NCBI GenBank assembly: GCA_003151795.1
Contig: PLYL01000005.1
Location: 1,011 to 65,010 of the forward strand
DNA: 64,000 bases
Reading direction: 5' to 3'
From: Candidatus Yanofskybacteria bacterium
GTDB taxonomy: Bacteria > Patescibacteriota > Minisyncoccia > 2-02-FULL-40-12 > GWA2-44-9
Each line of letters starts with the position of its first letter. The first letter of the stretch is position 1. The position numbers and the translations under genes were made by a program. Shown in pieces: positions 18,844 to 27,853 of this stretch. Under the pieces are notes generated by a model that ran no database searches, was not told where the DNA came from, and saw nothing but the letters and a program-made list of their open reading frames with translations.

Positions 18844-18941
18844 ATCCGGATAAACTTCTTGTCAGGACTTAGATATTTGTTTAAAATATGTAATATTGGG
18901 GCGGTGTTTTGCGTATACCTAACGCAGTAGAATTATTTAAC

Positions 18942-19475
18942 ATGAAAAAATTCCTCGTATCGGCAATCATTGTCGTAGCTTTTGTGGGCTATTTTTGGTT
19001 CCAGCAACAAAGCCCGCAGGTGGTAGAGATTATTCCAAGCGTCAGCGCGACGCCGACTATAACTCCGCTTCCAACTGCGAATCCGACCGCCCTCCCGACA
19101 ACCAGCGGCATGCCGGTATCGACCGCTTTACCGACTCCAGCGCCAACTCAAAGACCGACCGCGACGCCAACCCCTAAACTGGGCTTATATAAAGACGGCA
19201 CCTATACCAGCCAAGTCGCCGATGCCGGCTATGGCCCCGTCCAGATAAGAGTGACTGTTCAAGGCGGCCAGATGACCAATGTCCAATTCCTGCAATATCC
19301 AACCGATGCCGGGCATAGCCGACAAGTGAGCAGTTATTCGACCCCAATCTTAAGCCAGGAGGCGATTATTGCCCAGAACGCTAATGCTAATGTAGATACC
19401 GTCTCCGGCGCCACCCAAACTTCAGAAGCGTTTATTCAAGCACTCGGCGGACTACTGGCAAGTATTAAAGCGTAA
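18942..19475 (+). CDS. Exported FMN-binding (FMN_bind) domain protein with Pro/Thr-rich linker
   Basis: Signal/TM, PT-rich linker, FMN_bind domain with predicted flavinylation motif DTVSGATQTS. Confidence 0.65.
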   Translation: MKKFLVSAIIVVAFVGYFWFQQQSPQVVEIIPSVSATPTITPLPTANPTALPTTSGMPVSTALPTPAPTQRPTATPTPKLGLYKDGTYTSQVADAGYGPVQIRVTVQGGQMTNVQFLQYPTDAGHSRQVSSYSTPILSQEAIIAQNANANVDTVSGATQTSEAFIQALGGLLASIKA

Positions 19476-19477
19476 TC

Positions 19478-20218
19478 ATGAAGGAGACTCGTATCTTAAT
19501 GGGGATGCCGGTTACTATAGATATTGCCGATATTTCCGCGACGGGCGAGGCCTTGCAAAAGGTCTTTTCCTATTTTGAATACGTTGACCAAAAATTCAGC
19601 ACTTACAAAACCGCCAGCGAAATCAGCCGAATCAATCGCGGGGAACTGGCGCCAGTCGATTATAGCGACGACATGAAAGAAGTTTTTCGGTTGGCCGAAG
19701 AAACCAAACAGCTCACGCGCGAATATTTCAATATCAAAAAGCCCGACGGTTCGTACGACCCGTCAGGTTTGGTGAAAGGCTGGGCGATTTATAGAGCGGC
19801 CGAACTGATTAAAGGTCTGGGCTTTAAAGAATATTACGTCGATGCCGGTGGGGATATCGAAGCCCGAGGCAAGGTTTGGAAAATCGGCATTAAAAATCCG
19901 TTCCAGCAAAAAGAAATCGTCAAGGTATTGTATATTCAAGACCGAGGCGTCGCCACGTCGGGGACTTATATTCGCGGCGACCATATTTACGATCCGACCA
20001 ATAGTGGGACGAATATGGACGAAATCGCGAGCCTGACGATTATCGGGCCCAACGTCTATGAAGCCGACCGGTTCGCGACGGCGGCGTTTGCCATGGGGCA
20101 AGCGGGAATTTATTTTGTTGAAAATTTAGAAGGCTTTGAAGGCTATATGATTGACCAGCACGGCCAAGCCACGATGACCACCGGCTTCGAGGCGTTTACC
20201 AAAGAAGTGCTACAATAA
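19478..20218 (+). CDS. apbE: ApbE-family FAD:protein FMN transferase
   Basis: DPSGLVKGWA, TSGTYIRGDHIYDPTNSG and DRFATAAFAMG are ApbE motifs. Confidence 0.75.
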   Translation: MKETRILMGMPVTIDIADISATGEALQKVFSYFEYVDQKFSTYKTASEISRINRGELAPVDYSDDMKEVFRLAEETKQLTREYFNIKKPDGSYDPSGLVKGWAIYRAAELIKGLGFKEYYVDAGGDIEARGKVWKIGIKNPFQQKEIVKVLYIQDRGVATSGTYIRGDHIYDPTNSGTNMDEIASLTIIGPNVYEADRFATAAFAMGQAGIYFVENLEGFEGYMIDQHGQATMTTGFEAFTKEVLQ

Positions 20219-20222
20219 AATC

Positions 20223-21743
20223 ATGTTTCGATTCATCGACAATCTGCTCAACCGCATCACCATGTACCGCTTGGTGCTGTATTATTTAATTATTTTGTGG
20301 GCGGCGGCTTTTATTTTTTCAATTTTCGGAATTTTAGCATACGAGCCATTTGGCATGGCCATCACGGCGATTATTATTTTATGCGTGTGCTGGCTGGCCA
20401 ATGTCATTCTGGCCGGCGTCTTTGAGGCGCCGGTGAACGTCGAGTCGGTTTATATCACGGCGCTAATTTTAATGCTGATTTTGACGCCGATTAAAGCCGC
20501 CGACCCTTATGGCTACTGGGTCTTTCTCGTGATGGTTTCTTTAGGCGCAATCGCGTCTAAATTCATCTTGGCGATTGGCAAGAAGCACGTCTTCAATCCC
20601 GCCGCTTTCGGGGTGGCCCTAGTCGCTTTCGCCGGCGTCTATTCGGCCAGCTGGTGGCTGGGCACGGCAGTGATGTTGCCGTTTGTCCTGGTGGGCGGAC
20701 TCTTGATTGTGCGGAAGCTTCAGCGGTCGGATTTGGCGTTCAGTTTTATTCTTGCGGCTTTTATATCTATCGCCGTGTCCACGTGGTTGAGGGGATTTGA
20801 TCCGTTCAGCGCGGTTCAGCGCGCGTTTCTACACTCGCCGATATTCTTCTTTGCTTTCGTGATGATTACGGAACCGTTAACCACGCCGCCGACCCGCGCC
20901 CTGCGGATTATCTACGGCTGTTTTGTCGGCGCTTTGTTTTCGCCGGCGATTGGTCTGGCCGGCATTCAATCGACTCCCGAGCTGGCGTTGTTGGTCGGCA
21001 ATGTTTTCTCGTATCTGGCCAGCCCGAAAACCAAGATGATATTAAAGCTGAAAGAAGTGATTCCGACCGGGACCGACTTGTATGATTTTGTCTTTACGCC
21101 CGATAAGAAATTAAAATTTAAAGCCGGGCAATATTTGGAATGGACGCTTGGCCACGATAGCCCCGATTCTCGCGGCAACCGCCGGTATTTTACGATTGCG
21201 TCTGCGCCGTCAGAATCTGATATTCGGATGGGCGTTAAATTTTATCCCAACTCGAGCACCTTCAAGAAAAAATTGGCCGGCCTTAGTGCCGGCGATGTTA
21301 TTGTCGGTTCCCAGCTGGCCGGCGAGTTTACGCTTCCAAAAGATAAAAACAAAAAACTGGTTTTCATCGCCGGCGGAATCGGCGTCACGCCCTTTCGGAG
21401 CATGGTTAAAAATATGCTTGATACAAGGGAACAGCGCGATGTCGTCATGTTTTATTCGGCCCGCACGCCGACCGAGCTGGCCTATCGGGATATTTTTGAC
21501 CAAGCCGTTCGGGAAAAAAGATTAAAAATGGTCTATACTGTCAATGACGCGCCGGCGGGTTGGCGGGGCCTGACCGGCTATATTACCGCCGACATGATTA
21601 TGCGGGAAGCGCCGGACTGCGCTCGGAGATTTTTCTACATCTCCGGGCCGCGGTCGATGGTCGTGATGTTTGAAGATGCCTTGAAAAAGCTCGGCGTGCC
21701 GAAAAACCAGATTAAAACCGACTTCTTCCCCGGCTTCGTATAA
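20223..21743 (+). CDS. Polytopic membrane protein fused to an FNR-like FAD/NAD(P)-binding oxidoreductase domain
   Basis: About 270-aa multi-TM N-terminal half with few His (not heme-like). The C-terminal half has RRYFTIAS (RxYS-type FAD site) and FIAGGIGVTPF (NAD(P) site). Confidence 0.6.
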   Translation: MFRFIDNLLNRITMYRLVLYYLIILWAAAFIFSIFGILAYEPFGMAITAIIILCVCWLANVILAGVFEAPVNVESVYITALILMLILTPIKAADPYGYWVFLVMVSLGAIASKFILAIGKKHVFNPAAFGVALVAFAGVYSASWWLGTAVMLPFVLVGGLLIVRKLQRSDLAFSFILAAFISIAVSTWLRGFDPFSAVQRAFLHSPIFFFAFVMITEPLTTPPTRALRIIYGCFVGALFSPAIGLAGIQSTPELALLVGNVFSYLASPKTKMILKLKEVIPTGTDLYDFVFTPDKKLKFKAGQYLEWTLGHDSPDSRGNRRYFTIASAPSESDIRMGVKFYPNSSTFKKKLAGLSAGDVIVGSQLAGEFTLPKDKNKKLVFIAGGIGVTPFRSMVKNMLDTREQRDVVMFYSARTPTELAYRDIFDQAVREKRLKMVYTVNDAPAGWRGLTGYITADMIMREAPDCARRFFYISGPRSMVVMFEDALKKLGVPKNQIKTDFFPGFV

Positions 21744-21831
21744 CCGCGGCTGAAACGGCCAAAAACATGAAACAAACCGGGTTTTGGTTCGTACTGTACC
21801 CTAAGCCTATAATAGGCTAATATGGATTGTC

Positions 21832-23565
21832 ATGAATAAAATCAAGGCTTTTATCTCCGCCCACAAATTTATCAGCACCCTCATCGCCCTCGTTTTAGTT
21901 ATATTCGTCTATTATAAATACTTCAAAACTTCGGCGATTGTCACCCAATACGCCCTCGCCACGGTTCAACAAGGGACGATTGTGAGTTCTATTTCCGGCA
22001 CGGGCCAAGTTTCCGGTTCTAGCGAAGTGTCCGTCAATCCCAAAGTTTCAGGCACGCTCACCTATGTGGACAGCGCTCTGGAGGGCAAATCGGTCAAAGC
22101 GGGAACCGTCATCGCGACCATTGATTCAACCGATGCCCAAAAAACCTTGCGCGACGCCCAGCTTAATCTTGAAAAACTCCAAGCCACCCAAGTGACCAGC
22201 CAGCCGAAACTGCAAGATTCAATTAATAATGACCAGAACAATCTGGTCAAAAACTATCAAGATGTCTTTGCCGGCGTTTCCGGAGCATTTCTCGATCTTC
22301 CGGGCATCTTCAATGACGCCGACAATGTTTTGTACGCCAATACCTTGAACGGCTCCTGCAAGCCGGATCTTTGTGATTATCAGAATCTGGTTGATTTAAG
22401 CGCCGTAGACAATCTTAATCTGCTTATTACTCAAGCCCAAAGCGATTTTGCCGCCGCGTCCGTTTCTTATACGAAAAATTTTAACGATTACGGCGGAATC
22501 TTATATACCGCGCCTCAAGACCAACTCGATCAGATATTGGCCGAAACGATTGGCTCGACCCAACTTTTATCCCAAAGCATTAAAAGCGAACAAGCCGTCA
22601 TTAATACGGTTATCCAGAATATCCAAACTCAAAATCACGCGACCGTGCCGAGCGCGATTACGGCCCACCAAACCACCTTGGCGTCTGATCTTTCCAAAAT
22701 CAACAACGACCTTTCCTCGCTTCTTAACGTGCAAGGCGTGGTTTTAAGCGACCGCCAAACATTGGCGTCAGACCAGCGCAATCTTGTCTCTGCCCAGCAA
22801 ACCAATCCCCTCGATCTGATTACCCAGCAAAACGCGGTCGCCGATGCCCAGCAAAATCTTTCCTATTATACGGTTCGCGTGCCGATTGACGGCATCGTCG
22901 CCAATATCACGGCTCAACGGGGCGCGAATGCGTCCAGCGGCGGGGCTTTGGCGACGATGGTGTCGCCCCAGCAAATCGCGGACGTAACTCTCAATGAAGT
23001 TGATGTTTCTAAAGTTATGCTTGGCCAGCAGGTCACGCTCACTTTTGACGCTTTGCCCGATTTGACCATGACCGGCAAAGTCATTTCCATCGATACCATC
23101 GGCACGGTCAGCCAAGGCGTCGTTTCCTATGACGTAAAGATTGCTTTTGATATCGCGAACCAAGAGATTAAACCGAGTATGAGCGTCTCGGCGGCGATTA
23201 TCACCCAAGCCAATTCCGACGCCTTGGAAGTCCCGACGAGCGCGGTGAAAATTCAAGGCACGCAATCGTATGTTCAGACGGTGCAACTGCCGGCCACGCT
23301 TATCAGCGCGGGCACCGCGACCGTGGCTTCAACCGTGCTCACGGCCGCGCCTCAAAACCAGATCGTCACGACCGGCATTCAAAGCGATACCATGACCGAA
23401 ATCACCAGCGGTCTTAAAGTCGGCGATATTATCGTCGTCCGAACCATTACCGGCGCCGCTGCTACCACGACTTCCAGCGCCGCCGGCGGTCTGCGCATCC
23501 CTGGCCTCACCGGCGGCACCGGTGGCGGCGCGACCCGGGCGACCACCACCGCCCCAGGAAGATAA
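21832..23565 (+). CDS. HlyD/MacA-family periplasmic adaptor protein (paralog) with Gly/Thr/Ala-rich C-tail
   Basis: Same architecture as 15336..16871. The C-terminus is TTTSSAAGGLRIPGLTGGTGGGATRATTTAPGR. Confidence 0.65.
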   Translation: MNKIKAFISAHKFISTLIALVLVIFVYYKYFKTSAIVTQYALATVQQGTIVSSISGTGQVSGSSEVSVNPKVSGTLTYVDSALEGKSVKAGTVIATIDSTDAQKTLRDAQLNLEKLQATQVTSQPKLQDSINNDQNNLVKNYQDVFAGVSGAFLDLPGIFNDADNVLYANTLNGSCKPDLCDYQNLVDLSAVDNLNLLITQAQSDFAAASVSYTKNFNDYGGILYTAPQDQLDQILAETIGSTQLLSQSIKSEQAVINTVIQNIQTQNHATVPSAITAHQTTLASDLSKINNDLSSLLNVQGVVLSDRQTLASDQRNLVSAQQTNPLDLITQQNAVADAQQNLSYYTVRVPIDGIVANITAQRGANASSGGALATMVSPQQIADVTLNEVDVSKVMLGQQVTLTFDALPDLTMTGKVISIDTIGTVSQGVVSYDVKIAFDIANQEIKPSMSVSAAIITQANSDALEVPTSAVKIQGTQSYVQTVQLPATLISAGTATVASTVLTAAPQNQIVTTGIQSDTMTEITSGLKVGDIIVVRTITGAAATTTSSAAGGLRIPGLTGGTGGGATRATTTAPGR

Positions 23566-23568
23566 TCT

Positions 23569-24282
23569 ATGATTAAATGTACGGATATCGAAAAAATTTA
23601 CCACGATGGCGGCGATCCCACCGTGGCTCTGAAGAATATTTCTTTTACGATTGAGAAAGGCGAGTTCGTGGCCATTATCGGGCCGTCCGGTTCGGGCAAA
23701 TCAACCCTGATGCATATTCTGGGCGCGCTCGATTCTCCGACCAACGGCATTTATGAGCTCGATGGCAAAAACGTTTCAGCGCTGTCGGAAGAACAGCTGG
23801 CCGATATCAGAAAAAAGAAAATAGGATTTGTGTTTCAGTCGTTTAATCTGTTGCCTCGGGCGACAGTGCTGCGCAACGTCGCTCTGCCGCTGGTGTACGC
23901 CGACGTTCCGGAAGAAGAACGCCTGGCACGTGCCCGCCAAGCCTTGTTGAGCGCCGGCATGGATGAATCAAGGTTCGACCATCTTTCCAACCAATTATCG
24001 GGCGGCCAGATGCAAAGAGTCGCCATCGCCCGCGCCCTGGTGAATGACCCGGCCCTGATTTTGGCCGACGAGCCGACCGGAAATTTGGATTCCAGAACCG
24101 GCGAAATTGTGCTCGACACGTTTCAAAGGCTGAACCGGGAACTGGGGCGCACGATTATTTTGATTACGCACGAGCCGTACGTCGCCGAACACGCCGACCG
24201 CATTATCACGGTCAAAGACGGGATGATTACCAGCGACGTCAAAAATTTGCATAAACGAATCATCAATCACCATGACGCTTAA
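23569..24282 (+). CDS. ABC transporter ATP-binding protein (MacB-type, paralog)
   Basis: [34 protein letters not shown]. Confidence 0.85.
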   Translation: MIKCTDIEKIYHDGGDPTVALKNISFTIEKGEFVAIIGPSGSGKSTLMHILGALDSPTNGIYELDGKNVSALSEEQLADIRKKKIGFVFQSFNLLPRATVLRNVALPLVYADVPEEERLARARQALLSAGMDESRFDHLSNQLSGGQMQRVAIARALVNDPALILADEPTGNLDSRTGEIVLDTFQRLNRELGRTIILITHEPYVAEHADRIITVKDGMITSDVKNLHKRIINHHDA

Positions 24283-25495
24283 AGATTTATTTCAAGAGAC
24301 TTTTTCCGCGATTACGGTCAATAAAGTCCGGTCCGGCTTGACCGTGCTCGGGATTGTCATCGGCATCGCCTCGGTCATCGGTTTGGTCTCCATCGGCCAA
24401 GGCGCCCAAAATAGCATCTCCGCCAGCATCCAATCAATCGGCTCGAATCTGATTATTGTCACGCCGGGCGCCGCGCGCGGGGCGGGCGTGCAGTTCAGCG
24501 CCGGCCGGGGCAGCGCCCAAACGCTGACCCAAGCCGATGCCGACGCGATTAAAGCTACCGTAACTGAAGTCGCGGGCATCGCGCCCGAAGTTTCCCGCCG
24601 CTACCAAGTCATCGCCGGCGGGCTGAATACGAACACGAGCGTCATCGGCACCGTGGCGGATTATACCAATGTCCATAATTTTCAAATGGATGAAGGGTCA
24701 TTCATCACTGACCAGCAGGTCCAAAGCGTCGCCAAAGTGGCCGTGCTCGGCCCGACGACGCGAGACGATTTATTCGGCGTCGGTTCGGAAGCGCTCGGCC
24801 AGAAAATTAAAATCAACAAAATAGAATTTACCGTCATCGGCACGACAATTGCCAAAGGCGGTTCCGGTTTCACGAATCCGGACGACGCAATTTATGTCCC
24901 AATCTCGACCGCCCAGCATTATCTGGCCGGCGGGAATTACGTGACGGGGATTGATTTGTCGGCGGTGAGCCAGCCGGCGATGGTTGACGTCCAAAATCAG
25001 GTTACTAGTTTATTGCTCCAGCGCCATAATATTTCCGATCCGACCCTGGCTGATTTCAGCGTCATGAACCAGAATGACATTACTTCGGCCGCGTCCAGCA
25101 TCACTAACACCTTTACCCTTCTTCTGGCCGCCATCGCCGGTATTTCGCTCGTCGTCGGCGGAATCGGCATCATGAACATGATGCTCACGAGCGTCACCGA
25201 ACGGACGCGTGAAATCGGCTTGCGCAAAGCCATCGGCGCGACGCCGAAAGATATTTCTCTCCAATTTTTAACCGAATCAGTGATGCTGACATTTTTCGGC
25301 GGGGCCATCGGCGTTGCCATCGGCTGGGGTATTTCCCTTCTCGCCGGCCATTTCTTGAGCCTGAATACTTCCGTAACATTATCTTCCGTCGCACTGGCTT
25401 TTGGCGTTTCGGCCGGTATCGGGATTGTTTTCGGTTATTACCCTTCGCGTCGTGCCGCCGGTCTTAATCCCATTGAGGCATTGCGTTACGAATAA
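24272..25495 (+). CDS. ABC transporter permease, FtsX/MacB family (paralog)
   Basis: ERTREIGLRKAIGA motif and 4-TM topology. The ATPase stop overlaps its start. Confidence 0.8.
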   Translation: MTLKDLFQETFSAITVNKVRSGLTVLGIVIGIASVIGLVSIGQGAQNSISASIQSIGSNLIIVTPGAARGAGVQFSAGRGSAQTLTQADADAIKATVTEVAGIAPEVSRRYQVIAGGLNTNTSVIGTVADYTNVHNFQMDEGSFITDQQVQSVAKVAVLGPTTRDDLFGVGSEALGQKIKINKIEFTVIGTTIAKGGSGFTNPDDAIYVPISTAQHYLAGGNYVTGIDLSAVSQPAMVDVQNQVTSLLLQRHNISDPTLADFSVMNQNDITSAASSITNTFTLLLAAIAGISLVVGGIGIMNMMLTSVTERTREIGLRKAIGATPKDISLQFLTESVMLTFFGGAIGVAIGWGISLLAGHFLSLNTSVTLSSVALAFGVSAGIGIVFGYYPSRRAAGLNPIEALRYE

Positions 25496-25632
25496 TCCCG
25501 CACATAACGAGCAGAAGTCTCTGTTGTGGGCGATGGTTAAAGTTTTATAAAATAATTTTTCGGGCACTAGGATATTGGTTCTGGCTATATATGTAGCGAG
25601 ACCAGAAGCCCACTGCTCGTTATGTGCGGGAT
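25496..25632. repeat. IR-element copy 2: perfect 20-bp inverted repeat (ATCCCGCACATAACGAGCAG / CTGCTCGTTATGTGCGGGAT), 97-bp spacer
   Basis: The left arm starts right after the permease stop codon. The right arm ends in the ATGAATAAA start of the next gene. Confidence 0.8.
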
Positions 25633-26041
25633 GAATAAAAACATAGCGATAGTATTGATGGTTGTATTCGCGGGAGCGGGATTTTATGGCGGGATGAAGT
25701 ATCAGCAAGGTCAAACTCCGGATCGCGGTACGGGCACGTTTGCCGGCCGCACGGGCGGGACAGGCCGTGGCGGCGTCGCTTTCAACGGCACCTTCGGGCA
25801 AGTCATCGCCAAGACCGCTACGACCATCACGGTTCAGTTGGCGGACGGCAGTTCGCGTATTGTCTTTATATCCGCGACGACTCCCGTAGCGAAGCAGGCG
25901 TCCGGCACCTTGAATGACGTCGCCGTCGGCACCAATATCGCCGTGACGGGCACGAGCAACAGCGATGGCAGTGTCACCGCGTCTCAAATTCAAATCCGTC
26001 CCGCCGGCACGCCCCGTCCCAGTCCCTCGCCGACGCCGTAA
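25631..26041 (+). CDS. Small secreted Gly/Thr-rich protein (136 aa)
   Basis: Start at MNKNIAIVLMVVFAGAGF (signal/TM), then G/T-rich beta-like sequence and a PSPSPTP tail. Confidence 0.5.
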   Translation: MNKNIAIVLMVVFAGAGFYGGMKYQQGQTPDRGTGTFAGRTGGTGRGGVAFNGTFGQVIAKTATTITVQLADGSSRIVFISATTPVAKQASGTLNDVAVGTNIAVTGTSNSDGSVTASQIQIRPAGTPRPSPSPTP

Positions 26042-26051
26042 TTTTAACCCG

Positions 26052-26105
26052 TTCAAGATCTCGCCCGCTTTGAGCGGTCGTAGACCTTGGGCGAGGAATC
26101 TTGAA
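26052..26105. promoter_or_regulatory. Operator-like nested inverted repeat (ttcaagatctcgccc ... gggcgaggaatcttgaa) abutting the promoter -35
   Basis: 15/17-bp imperfect IR with a 22-nt spacer containing a second small hairpin (ccgctttgagcgg). It ends 6 nt before TTGACT. Confidence 0.45.
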
Positions 26106-26110
26106 TCGGG

Positions 26111-26138
26111 TTGACTTTTTCTTGAGAAGGCCTAGAAT
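26111..26138 (+). promoter_or_regulatory. Sigma70-like promoter TTGACT-N16-TAGAAT
   Basis: -35 at 26111-26116 and -10 at 26133-26138. An AGGAGG SD and an ATG follow 30 nt downstream. Confidence 0.55.
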
Positions 26139-26169
26139 CTAACCCATTGTACTTTAGGAGGATTGAGTC

Positions 26170-26289
26170 ATGGATTGTCCGTATTGTAATGGTTCTGGAA
26201 AGAAAACCTTCTTTGTGTTCTTTGAACTGGACTGTGGTAGATGCAGTGGCACTGGCCAGAAGCTGGACATGACCCCCAGTCAAACGTGA
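26170..26289 (+). CDS. 39-aa zinc-ribbon mini-protein with two CxxCxGxG motifs (MDCPYCNGSGKKTFFVFFELDCGRCSGTGQKLDMTPSQT)
   Basis: Strong SD (aggagg, 8-nt spacing), ATG, and two DnaJ-like CxxCxGxG repeats. Below ORF-track cutoff. It may instead be part of an ncRNA. Confidence 0.35.
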   Translation: MDCPYCNGSGKKTFFVFFELDCGRCSGTGQKLDMTPSQT

Positions 26290-26439
26290 TCCCAATGATC
26301 ACGTGCCGAGCAAGAAAGAAACCCGCGCGGCCGAAAACATCGAGGTTCCGGCGAACCGGAAATCCAGGCTCATCCCGGGTGTCAAAACCGACTCCAAGCA
26401 CAACATGTAGCACTGGCGAGTTCTGTCCAGGGATGAAGT

Positions 26440-26474
26440 GGCGGCGCGTTCAACGCGCCGCCTTTACTTTTTCC
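26440..26474 (+). terminator. GC-clamp hairpin (ggcggcgcg-ttcaa-cgcgccgcc) followed by tttactttttcc
   Basis: Perfect 9-bp all-GC stem with a 5-nt loop and a T-rich tail, 50 nt upstream of the RT start. Confidence 0.6.
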
Positions 26475-26524
26475 TCCCGAGTTTTATGATGCCCCAGGCC
26501 TAAACTTCTTTAAATTACAACAGA

Positions 26525-27844
26525 ATGATTGATTTTGATAATTTTCAGCAAATAATAGATAGAAAATTTTGGAGATGTATTACGAGAGACACCCTATGTC
26601 CAGTTGGGGAGCAGTCTAAAGATAAATTGCTTCGCATCCTCTATGATTCAATTGTGGATAAGACTTATTATCCATCTCCACCCCGAGAGTACCTTGTGAG
26701 CCATAAATCACAGAAAGTAGCCAGAATAGTTCCAGTTTTTGAAATAAAAGATTATTGTCTGTATTATTTTTGTGTAAAGCGACTTGAAGATTTTTTGACT
26801 AAAGAGCGAACCCCTAATACTTTTGGTGGATGGAGATTGAGTAATAATTTTAGTGAATTAGAACGACAAGAATTAGAGCGAAGATATCCTTATGTCGATC
26901 CCGAGTATTTTTCAGAAGGCTCTTTTAATCCATTGGCCTGGGTTAAATTCTGGGGTGAATTTACGGCTTTATTATACTCAACCCTAGAGCGAGAACAGGA
27001 GGGGTTTATTGTTGAGTTTGATATATCTAATTTTTATGATTGCGTAAGACTGGATATTCTAGAGAATAATATTAGGTCAGTATCTCCTGCAGAGTTACAA
27101 TTTGAAGTTAGTTTGCTTATGCATTTTTTAAAATACTGGAATAGGAAATTTAATTCCTATCACCCACAATCTGCAGGGATACCTCAAGACGAATCCCAAG
27201 ATTGTTCTAGAATTTTGGCTAATTTTTATCTCCAGGCCTATGATAAAAAGATCAACAGGTTATGTTCTGGAATGGGAGCTAGATATTTCAGATATGCAGA
27301 TGATCAAGTTATATTTGCAGAGAATAAATTAGTAGCCGGTAGACTCTTGTTTGAGGCGTCAAAAGAGTTATCTAAAATTGGTTTGAACATTAATACCAGT
27401 AAAGTTAAAGAGTTTAGTTCAAAGAAAGACTACGCAAACTTTTGGTCGTTCGACATACATCAAAATTTAGGCAGGAAAGATATAAAAAATGCTTTTGCAA
27501 TCTGGAAGGATAGAAAAGATAAAATAGATGGGTTCCGCAATTACCCATCTATTATTAAAAGATTTATTAGTAACGACCTTTCTGTACTGGATTTAAATGA
27601 GTACAATATGATTATGACTGAAGCTCTGTCTCGTGAGATGTATTCAGTCTATGATTCTCGCCAGCTAAAAAAGATATATTTGAAATTACACGAGGATGAA
27701 AAGAGAAAATTTATTAACGAGCTAAATCAAACGGCAAAAGTTTTTCCTTTTAATAAATTTCATTTTATCCTTAAGAAATTTTTTAGTGAATTTGGCTTTG
27801 ATTGTTCTGATTTAGACTTAAAAATTAATGAATTAAGGCTTTAG
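26525..27844 (+). CDS. Reverse transcriptase (orphan, YADD catalytic motif; retron/DRT/UG-like, not intron-associated)
   Basis: RT motifs PSPPREY..IVPVFEIKD (1/2), FIVEFDISNFYDCV (A/3), GIPQDESQDCSRILANFYL (B'/4), RYFRYADDQVIFAEN (C/5), ELSKIGLNINTSKVKEF (D/E/6-7). About 33% GC island. No maturase X, endonuclease or other fused effector domain. Confidence 0.8.
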   Translation: MIDFDNFQQIIDRKFWRCITRDTLCPVGEQSKDKLLRILYDSIVDKTYYPSPPREYLVSHKSQKVARIVPVFEIKDYCLYYFCVKRLEDFLTKERTPNTFGGWRLSNNFSELERQELERRYPYVDPEYFSEGSFNPLAWVKFWGEFTALLYSTLEREQEGFIVEFDISNFYDCVRLDILENNIRSVSPAELQFEVSLLMHFLKYWNRKFNSYHPQSAGIPQDESQDCSRILANFYLQAYDKKINRLCSGMGARYFRYADDQVIFAENKLVAGRLLFEASKELSKIGLNINTSKVKEFSSKKDYANFWSFDIHQNLGRKDIKNAFAIWKDRKDKIDGFRNYPSIIKRFISNDLSVLDLNEYNMIMTEALSREMYSVYDSRQLKKIYLKLHEDEKRKFINELNQTAKVFPFNKFHFILKKFFSEFGFDCSDLDLKINELRL

Positions 27845-27853
27845 GTATCAAAT

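Noticed and set aside
25622-27844. Diversity-generating retroelement (DGR) around the reverse transcriptase
   Set aside because: I found no template/variable repeat pair with adenine-specific differences in the 3' ends of neighbouring genes (25631-26041, 27854-28928) or in the 470-bp upstream region. The RT motif 4 has S-R rather than the DGR-typical S-Q. HMM confirmation is still needed.
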